Position numbers and translations under genes: made by a program
Shown: positions 10,286 through 24,170 of the stretch, one piece after another
How the letters are laid out: every line of letters begins with the position of its first letter
How positions within the stretch are numbered: the stretch's first letter is position 1
The notes under the pieces: generated by a model
The model's input: the letters and a program-made list of their open reading frames with translations, nothing else
Databases searched by the model: none
Told to the model about the DNA's origin: nothing
Source: Setoptus koraiensis
Taxonomy: Eukaryota; Animalia; Arthropoda
Assembly (NCBI GenBank): GCA_048013815.1
Contig: CM106585.1
Span: 19,902,001 to 19,966,000 of the forward strand
Direction: 5' to 3'
Length of the DNA stretch: 64,000 nucleotides

Positions 10286-12516
10286 AGAGAAGTTTCCAAA
10301 AAACTCTTTCCGAAAAACTTTTCCAGGAATGAAAAAACTGCCCTTGTTGTGCGTTTGCTCGAATGATGGCATCAGGAAAACTGCTCTAGTCGGTCTGTGA
10401 TTATCCGACAAGTAACTTTAGTTATCGCGTCATATGAGCTGTGTCAATTGAACAAATTTCTTTTTCGAACTTTCAAATCAGCGAGCTCGCGAACAATATA
10501 ATATGTTTGCGATGATAGATGGAAGGTGTCACACTTGAAGTATCTCATACAATGTCATTAATGAATCTATGGTCGTAGTATCGTAAAACAGCCGCCGAAA
10601 AAGCAAACAAAATAACAAAATAATCACAATAGTTCCAATAATTGTGTGTCTATGTCTCAAGGCAGTTTTGATTCGAGCAAATCTCATGCACGCTAGAGTT
10701 GCTAAAAGCGTCTCGGCATCACACAGACATCCAGTTAGACACAATGATGATGCAACAGCTATATTATCATTATTACTAGTATTATCATGTGTATAATATA
10801 CATTTGAACTCGACGTTGTTGTTTTGTGTCATTAGTAGAAAAGAAAAAGAAAGTAAATAAATTATCCAAATGAGTGGGATACTCTAGACTGTGTGTATGT
10901 GTTGTAAACAACTTGTATAAAATCTTATGTACAGTTGTATATGTTAGAGTTTATATATATAATTTTCAGCTGTTGCCACTACCACACGATCGTCTCTTGC
11001 ACGAAAATGTTGCACTGTCTATCCATCTATGTTGTTGCTGGCTATGTTGCGCTATTGCTTTGAATTTGCCTTAAGTGGGGCCGCTTGCTTAGTCCTAACA
11101 AATGCTCTAGATGCTAAAGAGTGAGATGTGAGCGAACGAAAGTTAGCACGATACGATGATGATGATGATGTTGGCAATCAAGGTTGAAAATAATTCAAAT
11201 GCTTCATGTTCAATCAACAGTCGTTGCGCAATATATCTAGCCAAGCAGCTGTAGATGAATAACAGCAACTATGCAACAGCAGTATTAGCGATATAATATC
11301 GCAAAAATTAGTTAGTCAATGAAAGAAACAGCAGCAACGGCAACAACAACAACAACGAGAGCGAGAAATAGAAGCGAGAGATAGAGAGTAAAAAGAAGCG
11401 AAGCAATGATGAAATCATGATTTTTCCAAGTGTCTGAACGAATGTCTAGTGTTCACGAAAGGAAAGAAACCGTCTTCTTAGGCTGAGCAAACTCGAAACA
11501 AATTTTCTCTATATTTATCTCCTTACTCTATAGCTCTCAACATAGCGCTTAGCCTGGCTAGGATCTAAATCAGCTAGCTCAATCTAGCTAGGCGACATGT
11601 TCTAGCGGGTTGAATAGAGTATGTTAACGGGAAATTAACGGACAAGTTGAGTTGATGTGAATAGCAGCGATGCTATGTGAATGATGAAGAGCATATATAC
11701 TACTTGATGCTGATGAAGATGATGGCGATGAATGTATGCAGAGCTCAACGCAGAGGATAAAAATGAAATGAAATTAAGCATTCAACTCGACTAACTCGTG
11801 ATTATAATAAACAATCATAATACCCAGTCATCATATACCCAGACACGCAGACATAGAGGAGGGCGACATCATTTTTCATCATTACATTCGCAACTTTACT
11901 TTCTCAAATCAAATCAAAACGACGACGACGACGACGACGACGACGAATAGAGACGACAATGTTCAGATAGCAAACTCAGCATCATTTGTCTTTCATTGTG
12001 TCTTTCTACATACTAAACAATTATGAATAGCAATTGTCAAGGCATCCACAACAAAACACACAAACAGATGCTTTGGGAAGGAGAGAGAAATCTCCTCCAA
12101 GAGGATATTCGCCTGGCCTGAGAACTAGAAATTCTCATTCATTGTTTGCATGTGCTCACATTTATTCAGTTAGATTGACCATCAAGCGGCGTTGTGTAAA
12201 TCACAGCAACAGTATTAAAAGTTCACGACAGTATTGAAAGAGTTCACGAGTGCAGCAAAGTGTATTTAAATGATCAATCAATTGTGTCCAACAGATTATT
12301 TAGTTGCTAGATGAGCGTCATCAAGGAAACGACCTCACAAGAACAATAAGAGCGTTAGTGGTGATGAACAGCACCCACCTGAATTTATTTGTCATTGTGG
12401 AATGGCCATAAGATCAGAATCACCAAAATCGCCACCATCGCTAATGCTGTTATAGAAAGAAATCAAGTGTCACCACAGAACAAACAACTTTTTCGACGAC
12501 CTCCAGCTAGACGTCC

Positions 12517-12565
12517 ATGCTCATACCGTTTCCAGTCATCTGGCTGAATAGATTCATTATTTTTG
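12517..12565 (+). CDS. Putative first (signal-peptide) exon of quiver-like gene
   Basis: ATG opens MLIPFPVIWLNRFIIF, then G|GTAAGT donor in phase 1, compatible with the phase-1 acceptor at 14311. Other donors (13667, 14137) exist, so the linkage is unproven. Confidence 0.35.
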
Positions 12566-14311
12566 GTAAGTTGTCATTTAGACAAGAAATTATTAAATTA
12601 TGGGATTAAATTAGGTTAGACAAAAACTAGAATTCGGTTTGATTTATTCAACAGCTAGAAGCAGTTCAATAAATCAGAAGCAGGTTAGTTTTCCCGTTGA
12701 AAAAAATCATTTCCGGTGTCAACCCATCTCAACTGAGAGACTTTTCCAGGTGATAAATTTCATCTGAAGGGTCCGTGGAAAAAGTTGGCTGCAAAAATGA
12801 TGGCTAGACACTAACGCTCGAACCAGTAAATGGGGGCGACTGCTTCGACCCGAGGCTTTTGGGCCGAGACCTCTCTGTTTGGACATCTGTCAAAAAAAAA
12901 ATCCAGAAATTAGTACTTTTTCAGTCGCATTTTTTCTCTGTGACAAAACCCGGCCAAATACACTTGATGCGCCGATGGATACGCGCCGATCGTCTCAATA
13001 ACAGCCAAGGTTGTTATCAAGGTGTTCGAGCGAGCCTATACAAAGTCGCTTCAGTCAGATGTGGCGAAAAAGAGATAGCTAAAGAGTGAACACGATCAAG
13101 CACGTCACTGAATGCAACAGACTATATGTCAGTCACACGTTTCACAAATAATAAAAACTACACACTAATTCAATGACCCTGAATAGATTTCATGGTGTTT
13201 AAAGTTACATAATGGCAGCCAATTTACTGGGGCTGGCACAAACACAAACATGATCTATCATTGCAATTTATCACCATATCTTCCAAGTGACTGCTGTTGC
13301 GACAGTAGCGCCCAACAAATATATTTTGCGCCCAACTGAGCCTGCCAAATTTTCTCCTCTGATAAACAAATAGCAAAAATAAAGCAAACGTCGCTATATC
13401 AAGATAAGCTAAGCTATTCCTTTTTGCTCGATTCTTACTTAGATAACTGTCACTACTACTGTTTCATCGTTTACGGAACGCTGCTCAAACGTATCAAGCG
13501 TTCGAGTAACGCGAATCGACGTTCTTTCACAACTGATTCGCGAAAAATTCTTCTAGATGTCAGCAAAAATTTAGAAACTAACTTAGTCTTGTTGTTGTTG
13601 CTGTGATCACACTCGGCGACGCTTATCACGCTCACTTGTTAACGTTAAATTCATGATCGTAATAAGGTGAATTCAGTCTAGTCATCTCGCTCCCGCCAGT
13701 CTAGCCGCCAATCTGTTTACTTTGTTTATAACTACTTGGCCAATAAGTTAGTAATGTTTATGGTCTGTAATAACGGCCAGTGGGGCACCGCTGAATGCAA
13801 ACGTGCAGATTAGTTGTAGAGAGCTCTAATGTCAGAAGGGAGAATTTAACGTTCAAAGAAGCCAACTACTCAATTAGTATCAATATACAACAATACGTAA
13901 ACATGACAATGACCCTATGCAGTCTCTATATCCGAATCAATCTCGTCTTGCGTACCGTGTCGAACGACAATTTAGTTTCGCATCAACATCATAGTCATAT
14001 GGCACACATTTTTATAACACATCAATTCTCTTTTTTTCTTCATTATCTATTTGTCACATGGCTGTAAAAAAACAATTACAGTTACCCTGACGGGATTCGT
14101 TTGCGCCTATAAGATACATGCCGAGGAGGAGTGTTTATGTAAGTCTAGGTCTGAGCAGCGTGTTGAAGAGTTTGAATTGATGGAATTAAAATTGGCAACT
14201 CGATGCCCTAAGAAACTTGTTGCATTGAGCTCCCTATCTAATGTTTGTCTCTTCACAACTTGATAATCACACTCAACCGGGGCCCGCAAAAATACCCAAT
14301 ACGAAGTTCAG

Positions 14312-15009
14312 TTTCGAAGGTGTGGTGTTATGAATGCGACTCGCGAATTGATCCAAATTGTGCCGATCCATACGATTCCAGCCCAGAAACAGACTATAAT
14401 CATCTACACCATTCGAGCTCGGATCTGACCACCACCTCACTCGTAAACATTGCCAACATGAACCATACCAACAACAATTATGACAGCGGCGCCACTAGTC
14501 CACCAATTGTAAATAACAACAATAATACTAATAATGTGCCAACAAACCTATTGCAGAGAGTGGCAAGAAATAGAAATGAAAGTAGCTCGGGCATTCCAAA
14601 TTCTAGAGACAAACAACAGAGGGGAGATGTGCACTCTCAGATGATTGAATCAACCAACAATGACCAACAGCATATTTATCAGCAAAAGCCTGCGCCAATA
14701 TCGAGGAGACCCCAACCACAAATCTGTCATGGGTGCTGTGTTAAAATAACCAGCCGATCCATTCAGGGTGTCAAATTCATCAAGAGGACATGCACCACAA
14801 ATGTGCAAATCAACTTTTTCATTGTTGATCATGTTTGTATGAAGGAATCGGGCAACAGGGGCACCATGTGCTTTTGCGAAACAGACTATTGTAACGGACA
14901 ACAGTCGACAGTCAAAATCCATCACCATTCGGCATATTATTTAAATGAATTAATCACCTTTTTGGCAAGTCTATTGTCGCTGTCATTTGTGAGAACTTTA
15001 TCAGCATAG
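14312..15009 (+). CDS. qvr: quiver/sleepless-type Ly6/uPAR three-finger GPI-anchored protein, main exon (frame open from 14245)
   Basis: CYECDS..C.DP, CHGCCVK, RTC, QINFFIVDHVCMKES, MCFCETDYCN closely match Drosophila Quiver as I recall it (CYECDS, CNGCCVK, QINLFMVDHVCMMES, MCFCEEDMCN); hydrophobic GPI-signal C-terminus. Confidence 0.9.
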
Positions 15010-15295
15010 CATCTACAAAGTAGCGTATATATAAAAACAAAAGTTATGATGATTATAACACTGTGTCACTTCGTACATTCGATCTATAGCAATAGCTTAT
15101 GCAATTACAATTTACATATTTATACAAAATGTTCTCGACGACGGACATTGCACGGAATGACGCCAAATAGAGCTGATGAACAGAATGGCATGCAAAAATC
15201 TGGAAACAGTTCGTCGAGTTAGTTAATTTATTAACGCCATTGTGACAATTATAGACATAACATTTTTGTATCCTCCTTTCCCGTTATTTAGGAAA

Positions 15296-16216
15296 TCAGT
15301 TCAAGAATTTAGATAGTGCAGATGCTTGATTAGCTGAGACAGGCTTGATTTTACAATGGAGAAATTTGTATTTTATGGTACGCAAATTATCTGGCCAAGT
15401 AAAAAAACCAGAATGTTTATCTCTTGGTTGCGCATTGTCTGAGTTAGACACTGACAATTCAAATGACGTGACATCGGTGTCGATAGATAGCTTAGAGCGA
15501 AAAATCGTACCACATAATTTTATTATGTGAAGCCATTCGCCTATGGAGGCGTATTTGTTCGACATTTTACTTAGATCATTCGGATCCAATCCATATCCGT
15601 TTTGTGCCATCACTATAACTGGTAATACTGAATTTCTGTAGTATTTTTGAAAAGTTTCGCAAGATTCACTCAACTTTTGCATGATGAACTGCAAATTGTC
15701 TGCAGCAAGACGCGGTTTAATGTAATCTGTCAAAATAGGCCCGTAGTTAACTGTCAAAGGATCGTCCAAGCTCGGTATTAGGCATGGGTCTTCACTGTCT
15801 AGATCGATATCGCTACCTGTAATGAATTGACAAAAGATATGTCTAGCTGAACTGACGTCTGGATTGAGATCAACCGAACTTAGACGCTTGACCAATCTGA
15901 CTGAACACTTCTTGCCAACATGACTCAGGTACTGATGGAACACCCTATGCAGAATGGGCAAATTCTTCAACTCGTCGGAGAAGTTTATTTGGACTCTAAC
16001 CAAATTATCCACATTATCCAAGGTACAGACGAAATCCGTTCTCAATGCTCTCTTCAATTCTGCCGATATATTTGTGTCTTTCAACTCTTCGCAAGTGTCC
16101 AAATATAAGTGTAGGTCGCTGATTGTTTCCAGTTTAGGTAAATCTATTTGTCGCGTGAATTCTATGGTGAGAAGAATCACCAAGAACGCTAACCATGCAG
16201 CATTGTAATGTGACAT
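15296..16216 (-). CDS. Orphan secreted Cys-containing protein, 306 aa, intronless
   Basis: Long ATG ORF in AT-rich DNA; N-terminal hydrophobic signal (AAWLAFLVILLTI); spaced cysteines; no recognised domain. Confidence 0.8.
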   Translation of the reverse strand: MSHYNAAWLAFLVILLTIEFTRQIDLPKLETISDLHLYLDTCEELKDTNISAELKRALRTDFVCTLDNVDNLVRVQINFSDELKNLPILHRVFHQYLSHVGKKCSVRLVKRLSSVDLNPDVSSARHIFCQFITGSDIDLDSEDPCLIPSLDDPLTVNYGPILTDYIKPRLAADNLQFIMQKLSESCETFQKYYRNSVLPVIVMAQNGYGLDPNDLSKMSNKYASIGEWLHIIKLCGTIFRSKLSIDTDVTSFELSVSNSDNAQPRDKHSGFFTWPDNLRTIKYKFLHCKIKPVSANQASALSKFLN

Positions 16217-16700
16217 GATTATTCTTTAATTAAATTGCTAATGTTTGCTTTTAATAGGAATGAAATGATGTAATCAATGACAAATTAACTTTTCACCCTA
16301 GTGTGAGCCACAGATAACAGCCGTGCCCGTTTTGCATCAGCCGCAAATGCATCAGATTATCATGTGACAAATGTCACCGAGGCCCCCCTCCAAGTTCAAC
16401 CAAAAACCCTGCCAATGATGCTCACTTAGATAGTCACGACATCTACTTTATTAATAAAAATCACATTTATTTGTTAGTCACATGAAGATGTGTAGTTGAT
16501 CTAAACTATCACGGACATCATATCATTTTGATAATCAAAAAAAAAATTACGTAATATATAGGCTCCTCTTTTAGTTTTACAGTTAACGTTGGATTCATAG
16601 ATGCAAATACATTAATTTACAATCCATAGATAATCGAGATATTGTATATTCTGAAACAATCATTATTATATTATCGGCTTTATAATAATAAGTAGAGGTA

Positions 16701-19236
16701 TCAGGCCACATAGTTATATTCATCTGCGACACTTGAGTTGCGCTCCAAATATTGTTTATCAATTAATATTTCGACACACTTCTTGATCATGGCAACACTA
16801 GGTGTAAAGTGACTCTTGGCTATACCAATAACTTCCTGTATGAGCTGATTATGTTTCGCAACTTTCCTAGATTTCATCACTCTGACAATGGCCGCTTGTA
16901 TGTATAACTTCCTATCCTCGTCTATAGAGATATGAGTCTGTTCGCTTTCGCTGGGTGCTTTAGTTTGTTGAAATAGTGAGGTTTCTCGCTGAGGGACAGC
17001 CATAATTTTAAATTTCGGCCTTTTACTGGTAAAATTTAAGTTTAAGCTTATCTTGGACTCGGGTCTTAGTGTTGTAGTGATAGTAGTTACCGGAACAGTT
17101 TCGACCTCTTCAGAAGTGGTAGCTGCCTTCTCTTGCTCGACTTGACCGCTAGTCTCCTGTTTGACTGGAGGTGAATCGCCGCTAGTCTGATTATTATCGA
17201 TAAGTAAAATCTTTGCTTCTGTGAGGCCCTGTAAATGCTTAAACAGTTGATCTTCAGTTAATTTAGTACTGTCAAGTATCTCTTTGTAAGTCATAGTATC
17301 GGTGTTTTCAAATAATAACAAGATTGCCATGTGAAAAGTCTGCATGGACACTAAATAACTTCTCTTAGCAGTGTAACATAATCTTATTTCAGCAGTGCAT
17401 AGATGGTGCAGCCAGGTTAGGATCCTTCCATTAAATTTTGAATAGTAAAATTCTTCAAATTGTTTGACAGATTTTTCGAGTATTTGAGGTAGAGCGAAGG
17501 ATGAGACAGAGCTCTGTCCAAGTGGCCACGATCCTGCCTGTAGGACATATATTGAAAAGTTGATACCTAGATCTATGTTCTTTTCCCTAAGCCCATCATT
17601 GAATGTATCCTTAAGTCCATTACTGACACCAATATCAGTAAACATTCTATGAAGTTTGGCTGTGAATTCGTAACCGCAAGCCAGCTTTAATTTGTTTATC
17701 ATAATCTCTTCAGCCTCCATAGAGGCCGATTGAGAATGTATAAGTCTTTTGGCCATATTTTTTGAGTAAAATTTCTGGAACACATCCTTGTCATCTATGT
17801 ATTTAAAAACAATTATCGACAGGCCAAGCTTATCTTCTATTTCAGACTCTGTTAGCGTTTTACCACCGGCTGCTCCATTATTTCCACTTTTTCTCAATAA
17901 ACTGTCACAATACTTGGCCAGCAACTCTGGCGATTTACAAGGTCCTTGGGGATGAGTCCTATGATTGATGACCGTTGAGCAGGCTTTATCCAGAGCACCA
18001 ACGAAAAGTTGATCTCCATTGAATGTTTGAGCGATAAGATCCGAGTAGTTCTTGTGTACTCTAATGACTGATTCAACAAATAAGGTAGGCTGGTTCTCGT
18101 TGTTGCTTATCTGTGCAATGGCCTCAAGGCCAACAGTGGTGATGTGAGTTTGTATCTGGGTGATAAGAACTTTAAGTCCGCCTTCGACGGGTTTTAAAAG
18201 TTTATACATGGCTTGAAGGTCAGACCAACTATCTGACTTCACCATATGTTCTGACTCGGCATACATGAATGCTGAATGATTCGATACCATACGAGTTCGA
18301 ATCTCTGTAATGACTTTAGGCAAAGACGATTGATGTATGAACTTAGTACATCTAAGATTCTCGGAATCGATAATTTGTAGCACTTTTTTCATATATTCAC
18401 TGCAATTTAATTCATTAAGTAACTGCTCCGCCCTAACAGTATACCATTCTCCTGATGATTTAATGAAGGCCTTTTCAAATAATTCCTGGTACAAATCTAG
18501 AAAATACTTTTTCTTGTAGGCCTCGACATCTGCGAAACTGTGTATAACACCCTTAATAATTGCCTCATTAGTTGAAAGACCTAGTCTATCTGATCGTATA
18601 GCTTCAATTAGAAGTTCGACTAATTGCTGCTTGAGTGGTTGTATTAAATTGTGTCGCCATGTGGATAATCCTAACTCCTTGATCTCTAGGACTAGTTCCT
18701 CGTTGCAACCAAAATCTGGCTCAATGCAGTCAGTGTGTTTGTTCTTTCTGATGTGTTGTAGATTGAGGTAAGTGAACATTTGATCTAAATAGCCTATACC
18801 AGTTTTGTAGACGGTCCAATGATGATAATACGTGGACAGTAACTCTTGTGAGTTGGACGCGGACACAAGCTTAAATAAAAAAAAAAGAGAGAAAGAGAGA
18901 GCAGACGTTATTAATCAGATCCGATGGGTATTTGGAGATGAAGAGATATTAATGGAAGAATGGCTACCCATCCGACCGTATTAATATTACTGTATGTTTC
19001 TCTATATTATCTACCTGGCACAAGTTTTTAACGTATGCATCTAAATGGCTTTTGACCTGATGATACAATTTGGTAGCTAGAGGGTTTGGTTTGGCCACAC
19101 AAAGCTTGTAGACGTCGGAGAAACGTTGATGCCAGTTATCTTTTGTTACCATGAGGCCATTCAGTATATTGTGTATCACACTTTCTATTCGAGACCACGT
19201 CGAATCAAAATCTACCTCTTCCGCAATGAGTGACAT
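16701..19236 (-). CDS. Cul2: Cullin-2, two exons: join(19236..19015, 18869..16701), ~796 aa
   Basis: N-terminus MSL..VDFD.TW..W..RFSD.Y.LCVA.P matches CUL2; cullin motifs KSPELLAKYCD, KDVFQKFY, VLQAGSWP; neddylation motif IVRVMKSRK; 145-bp GT-AG intron 19014..18870 in phase 0. Confidence 0.95.
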
Positions 19237-21260
<2,024 letters not shown>

Positions 21261-21400
21261 TAATTAAATAATGATGATGATTATGATATTGTTAGAAAGC
21301 AAAATAAGTAAAATAACACACCTAAAAGTGATAATGATAAGCTCATTTCCAAGAAATTTATTTGCCACATATATCATCTCCGGTAATGATAATCGTCAGT

Positions 21401-21883
21401 CTAGCTCGACGCCATTTTCAATTCCAGCTCCCTTTCCTCTTTTTCATACATTTCATCCGCTATTCTCATTACCTCTTCAGAGAGCCTAAGCGGCTTCTTT
21501 TCTGCCGGGTCTTTTGTTTTCTTTACTTCAGTTTTATACACCTCAAAGGCCATGATCGGCTCGACTGTTTTTTTATTTGGTGGGCCACTTTTTTTTGTTA
21601 AGTTTGCTAGACCAGGCAATACTTGCTCACTAAGTTTCCTCTTGCTTGCAGCTGCAATGAACAATCTTCTGTTAGGGGAGAGACTTTTACTTTTTTCATG
21701 CAATGTTGTTACTGGGTCATTTTCGTCGGAATCTAGAGAATCCAGCTTTGAATCGTTTTCTGTTGTGAGTGACCACGAGTATCTGCGAGTTTGAGCTAGA
21801 CAATACAGGTACACCACGTAGCATGTACTTAGGGGAATTAATAAGATAAAGAATGAAAGAAGCAAGATGGTCCATATATACAT
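21401..21883 (-). CDS. Orphan single-pass membrane protein, 160 aa
   Basis: ATG ORF; ~28-aa hydrophobic N-terminal segment followed by a charged, Ser/Lys/Glu-rich tail. Confidence 0.7.
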   Translation of the reverse strand: MYIWTILLLSFFILLIPLSTCYVVYLYCLAQTRRYSWSLTTENDSKLDSLDSDENDPVTTLHEKSKSLSPNRRLFIAAASKRKLSEQVLPGLANLTKKSGPPNKKTVEPIMAFEVYKTEVKKTKDPAEKKPLRLSEEVMRIADEMYEKEERELELKMASS

Positions 21884-22262
21884 GATGATGATCTCGATTG
21901 TCTACATATATGCATATAAGTGGTTGACGAATGTCGTTGTTTGTGGTGTGTGAGTTTTGTCCATTGCGAGTCTTATGATAATGCATTCGGTAACTGTATG
22001 AAATCTATCTAATTAACTCATGATTTGATTGATTGACATGTCAGTTAGATAAATGTTAGCTATATTTAGACATGGCCCATATGAAAAATTTTGACTCATA
22101 ATCAACCATCAACACTAGCTAATTGCGACAGGAGTCGTCTGACATTCACGCGCAATTGCCTGGATCCCTTCCAGGCGGCAGGATTTTAAGCAGAGAGATA
22201 TAATCGGCAAGTTTATTCACGAAGCGGAATTTATTCGTTTTTTTTTTGCTCGTATAAACCAG

Positions 22263-24170
22263 TCATATAGGCGGTAAAAGTCTATCTATAAAAGCAGTGC
22301 TTTCGTTGAAAAAAACACAGCAACTGTTTTCAGGCCTTACCGAGTCCGAATATATGACTAAATTATAGATGAGATTCGCGTTAAAGTGATCTCCTAGCCG
22401 TTGAAACAATAGAGGACTTTTTATTACACTACTTGTTTCATAAAATGCATAAATAGCACTGTTGATCAGCTCCAAGAGATGCTTTATTTTGATGTGATCG
22501 TGATTCTTTGTTGATGATCCTCTGCACGAAGTAAACTTTTGTTGATCAATCTTGTTCGCTAATACACGTATTAATGGAGCAAGAGGTTCTTCGTTGTGAC
22601 ATTCGCCCCTTATTATTGACATCAGGGTGGGGTGAAGTGTGGAATTTTGTTTGCCGTAGTACAAGAAACTATTATAAATGGCCATTAAAACTCTTCTGAG
22701 TAGACTTCTGGTGTAGCCTAGACGTTCTGGTCTTTCATCACCTGTGAAACCCTCGACGAAAGCGTATTTAGCTAATAGTAGAATCATAACAAACAATTTG
22801 AGGATTTCTTCGTTGAATATTGTAGTAAAACAGCCCATTAGATTAATACAGTTTTCTTCATCAATTTTAAATACTTTGAACAACAATCTGTCAACTCGAT
22901 GTTCGGGATTTGTGTCTAAGAGTAGATTTATAGCTTGAATTTGTTCGTCGATACCTTCAATCAGATCATCCCTGATCCGTCTCATGCCCATTTGAGGGCC
23001 CTGGCGATCATAGATCTCCATTGAATCAGAGATTCCAAAGACGCGCAACAGAGTCGATCTAGAGGTGTCTTGCATAGAGAAGGTAGATTTAGTCGTTCTT
23101 ACGTCCTCTATTGGACAACGATCGAAATGTGTTTGGTCTGGTATTATTAACTCCATCAAATAAGGAGCGCTTGCTTGACCGTTCTCAAATCTGACCAGCA
23201 ATGCATTGTTATTACGATGATTGAATGAACTGGGTAATATATTTTCAAATGACACCACAATATTATAGCTATGGTTTATAGAGTCGAAATCTCTCAGTAA
23301 ATCTGTGTTTCGACTAGCGTCTGCTGCTTCAGCCAGTAATCTCCTGACGTCCGCTAAATTCTTCTTCGCTAGCCACCTGAGGGCAGACTCACGCCTAGGT
23401 TTCGCCTTCGCCGCAGCAAAGTTCGGAAATCCAATCACGTTGCCAATAATCGCTGCATGTCTCATGACAAAGTCCGGCCTAAGTAACGCATATAATACGG
23501 TTGTTATGCCCGGTTCTAAATTTCTACCTTCGATATATTTGGAATGTTTATATAGAAAACAGGGAATTGACCCGTTTTTGCAACGTCTTATGTCGAATTG
23601 GTCTGACCAAATCATTCCACCTCTGGCATTAGTCAATATAAAATCACTGTGATTGGTCAACACAGGACAGCGGAATTTATCGGCCAAATCAGCCATCAAC
23701 GGATAGCTTTCAAACACAGCTTGATATTGTTGGATTCTCGAACCGAAGCTCGATACTATACACTTGAAGATCGGCAAAGCCAGCTCCGGTAAGATGTCAT
23801 CATGCAGCTCGCCTCCAAATCTCAGCAGATTCGCCAATCTTATGTCGCAGCTTTTTTTGAGATAGTTGTACTTTGAGGCAACAGGTCCGTATAGAACTTG
23901 ACTTTGACGCGTGCCGTCATATACTACGATTGGCTTGACATCACACTTGAGTAGTGTTTCGAAGAAATTTGTCCAAAATTGGTGGAATTCACTCATATTG
24001 CCACCAAATTGATGCGGATGCAACTTCGAGTCATGATATTTGATCCAATGGATTAACTTCGATGAGTCGATAACAAGAAAAGTGTCTTTCAATACATAAT
24101 CATGTCCATAGAGCGGAACGGTTCGCCTAAAATCGTTTTTGAGCTCTGTCACCATCCCAGGAACACCCAT
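22263..24170 (-). CDS. ASTE1: Asteroid homolog (XPG/FEN1-like PIN-domain protein), ~635 aa, intronless CDS
   Basis: MGVPG start (family MGIxGL), LVID, GGN..F..FFETL.KC.V.PIVVYDG, CPVL..SDF; real ATG at 24170 (the ORF track starts at an upstream GTG that follows a CTAAC..TAG acceptor). Confidence 0.8.
   Translation of the reverse strand: MGVPGMVTELKNDFRRTVPLYGHDYVLKDTFLVIDSSKLIHWIKYHDSKLHPHQFGGNMSEFHQFWTNFFETLLKCDVKPIVVYDGTRQSQVLYGPVASKYNYLKKSCDIRLANLLRFGGELHDDILPELALPIFKCIVSSFGSRIQQYQAVFESYPLMADLADKFRCPVLTNHSDFILTNARGGMIWSDQFDIRRCKNGSIPCFLYKHSKYIEGRNLEPGITTVLYALLRPDFVMRHAAIIGNVIGFPNFAAAKAKPRRESALRWLAKKNLADVRRLLAEAADASRNTDLLRDFDSINHSYNIVVSFENILPSSFNHRNNNALLVRFENGQASAPYLMELIIPDQTHFDRCPIEDVRTTKSTFSMQDTSRSTLLRVFGISDSMEIYDRQGPQMGMRRIRDDLIEGIDEQIQAINLLLDTNPEHRVDRLLFKVFKIDEENCINLMGCFTTIFNEEILKLFVMILLLAKYAFVEGFTGDERPERLGYTRSLLRRVLMAIYNSFLYYGKQNSTLHPTLMSIIRGECHNEEPLAPLIRVLANKIDQQKFTSCRGSSTKNHDHIKIKHLLELINSAIYAFYETSSVIKSPLLFQRLGDHFNANLIYNLVIYSDSVRPENSCCVFFNESTAFIDRLLPPI

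Noticed and set aside
12816-12824. B-box-like GGTTCGAGC (minus strand) suggesting a tRNA or SINE
   Set aside because: No A-box or cloverleaf pairing found
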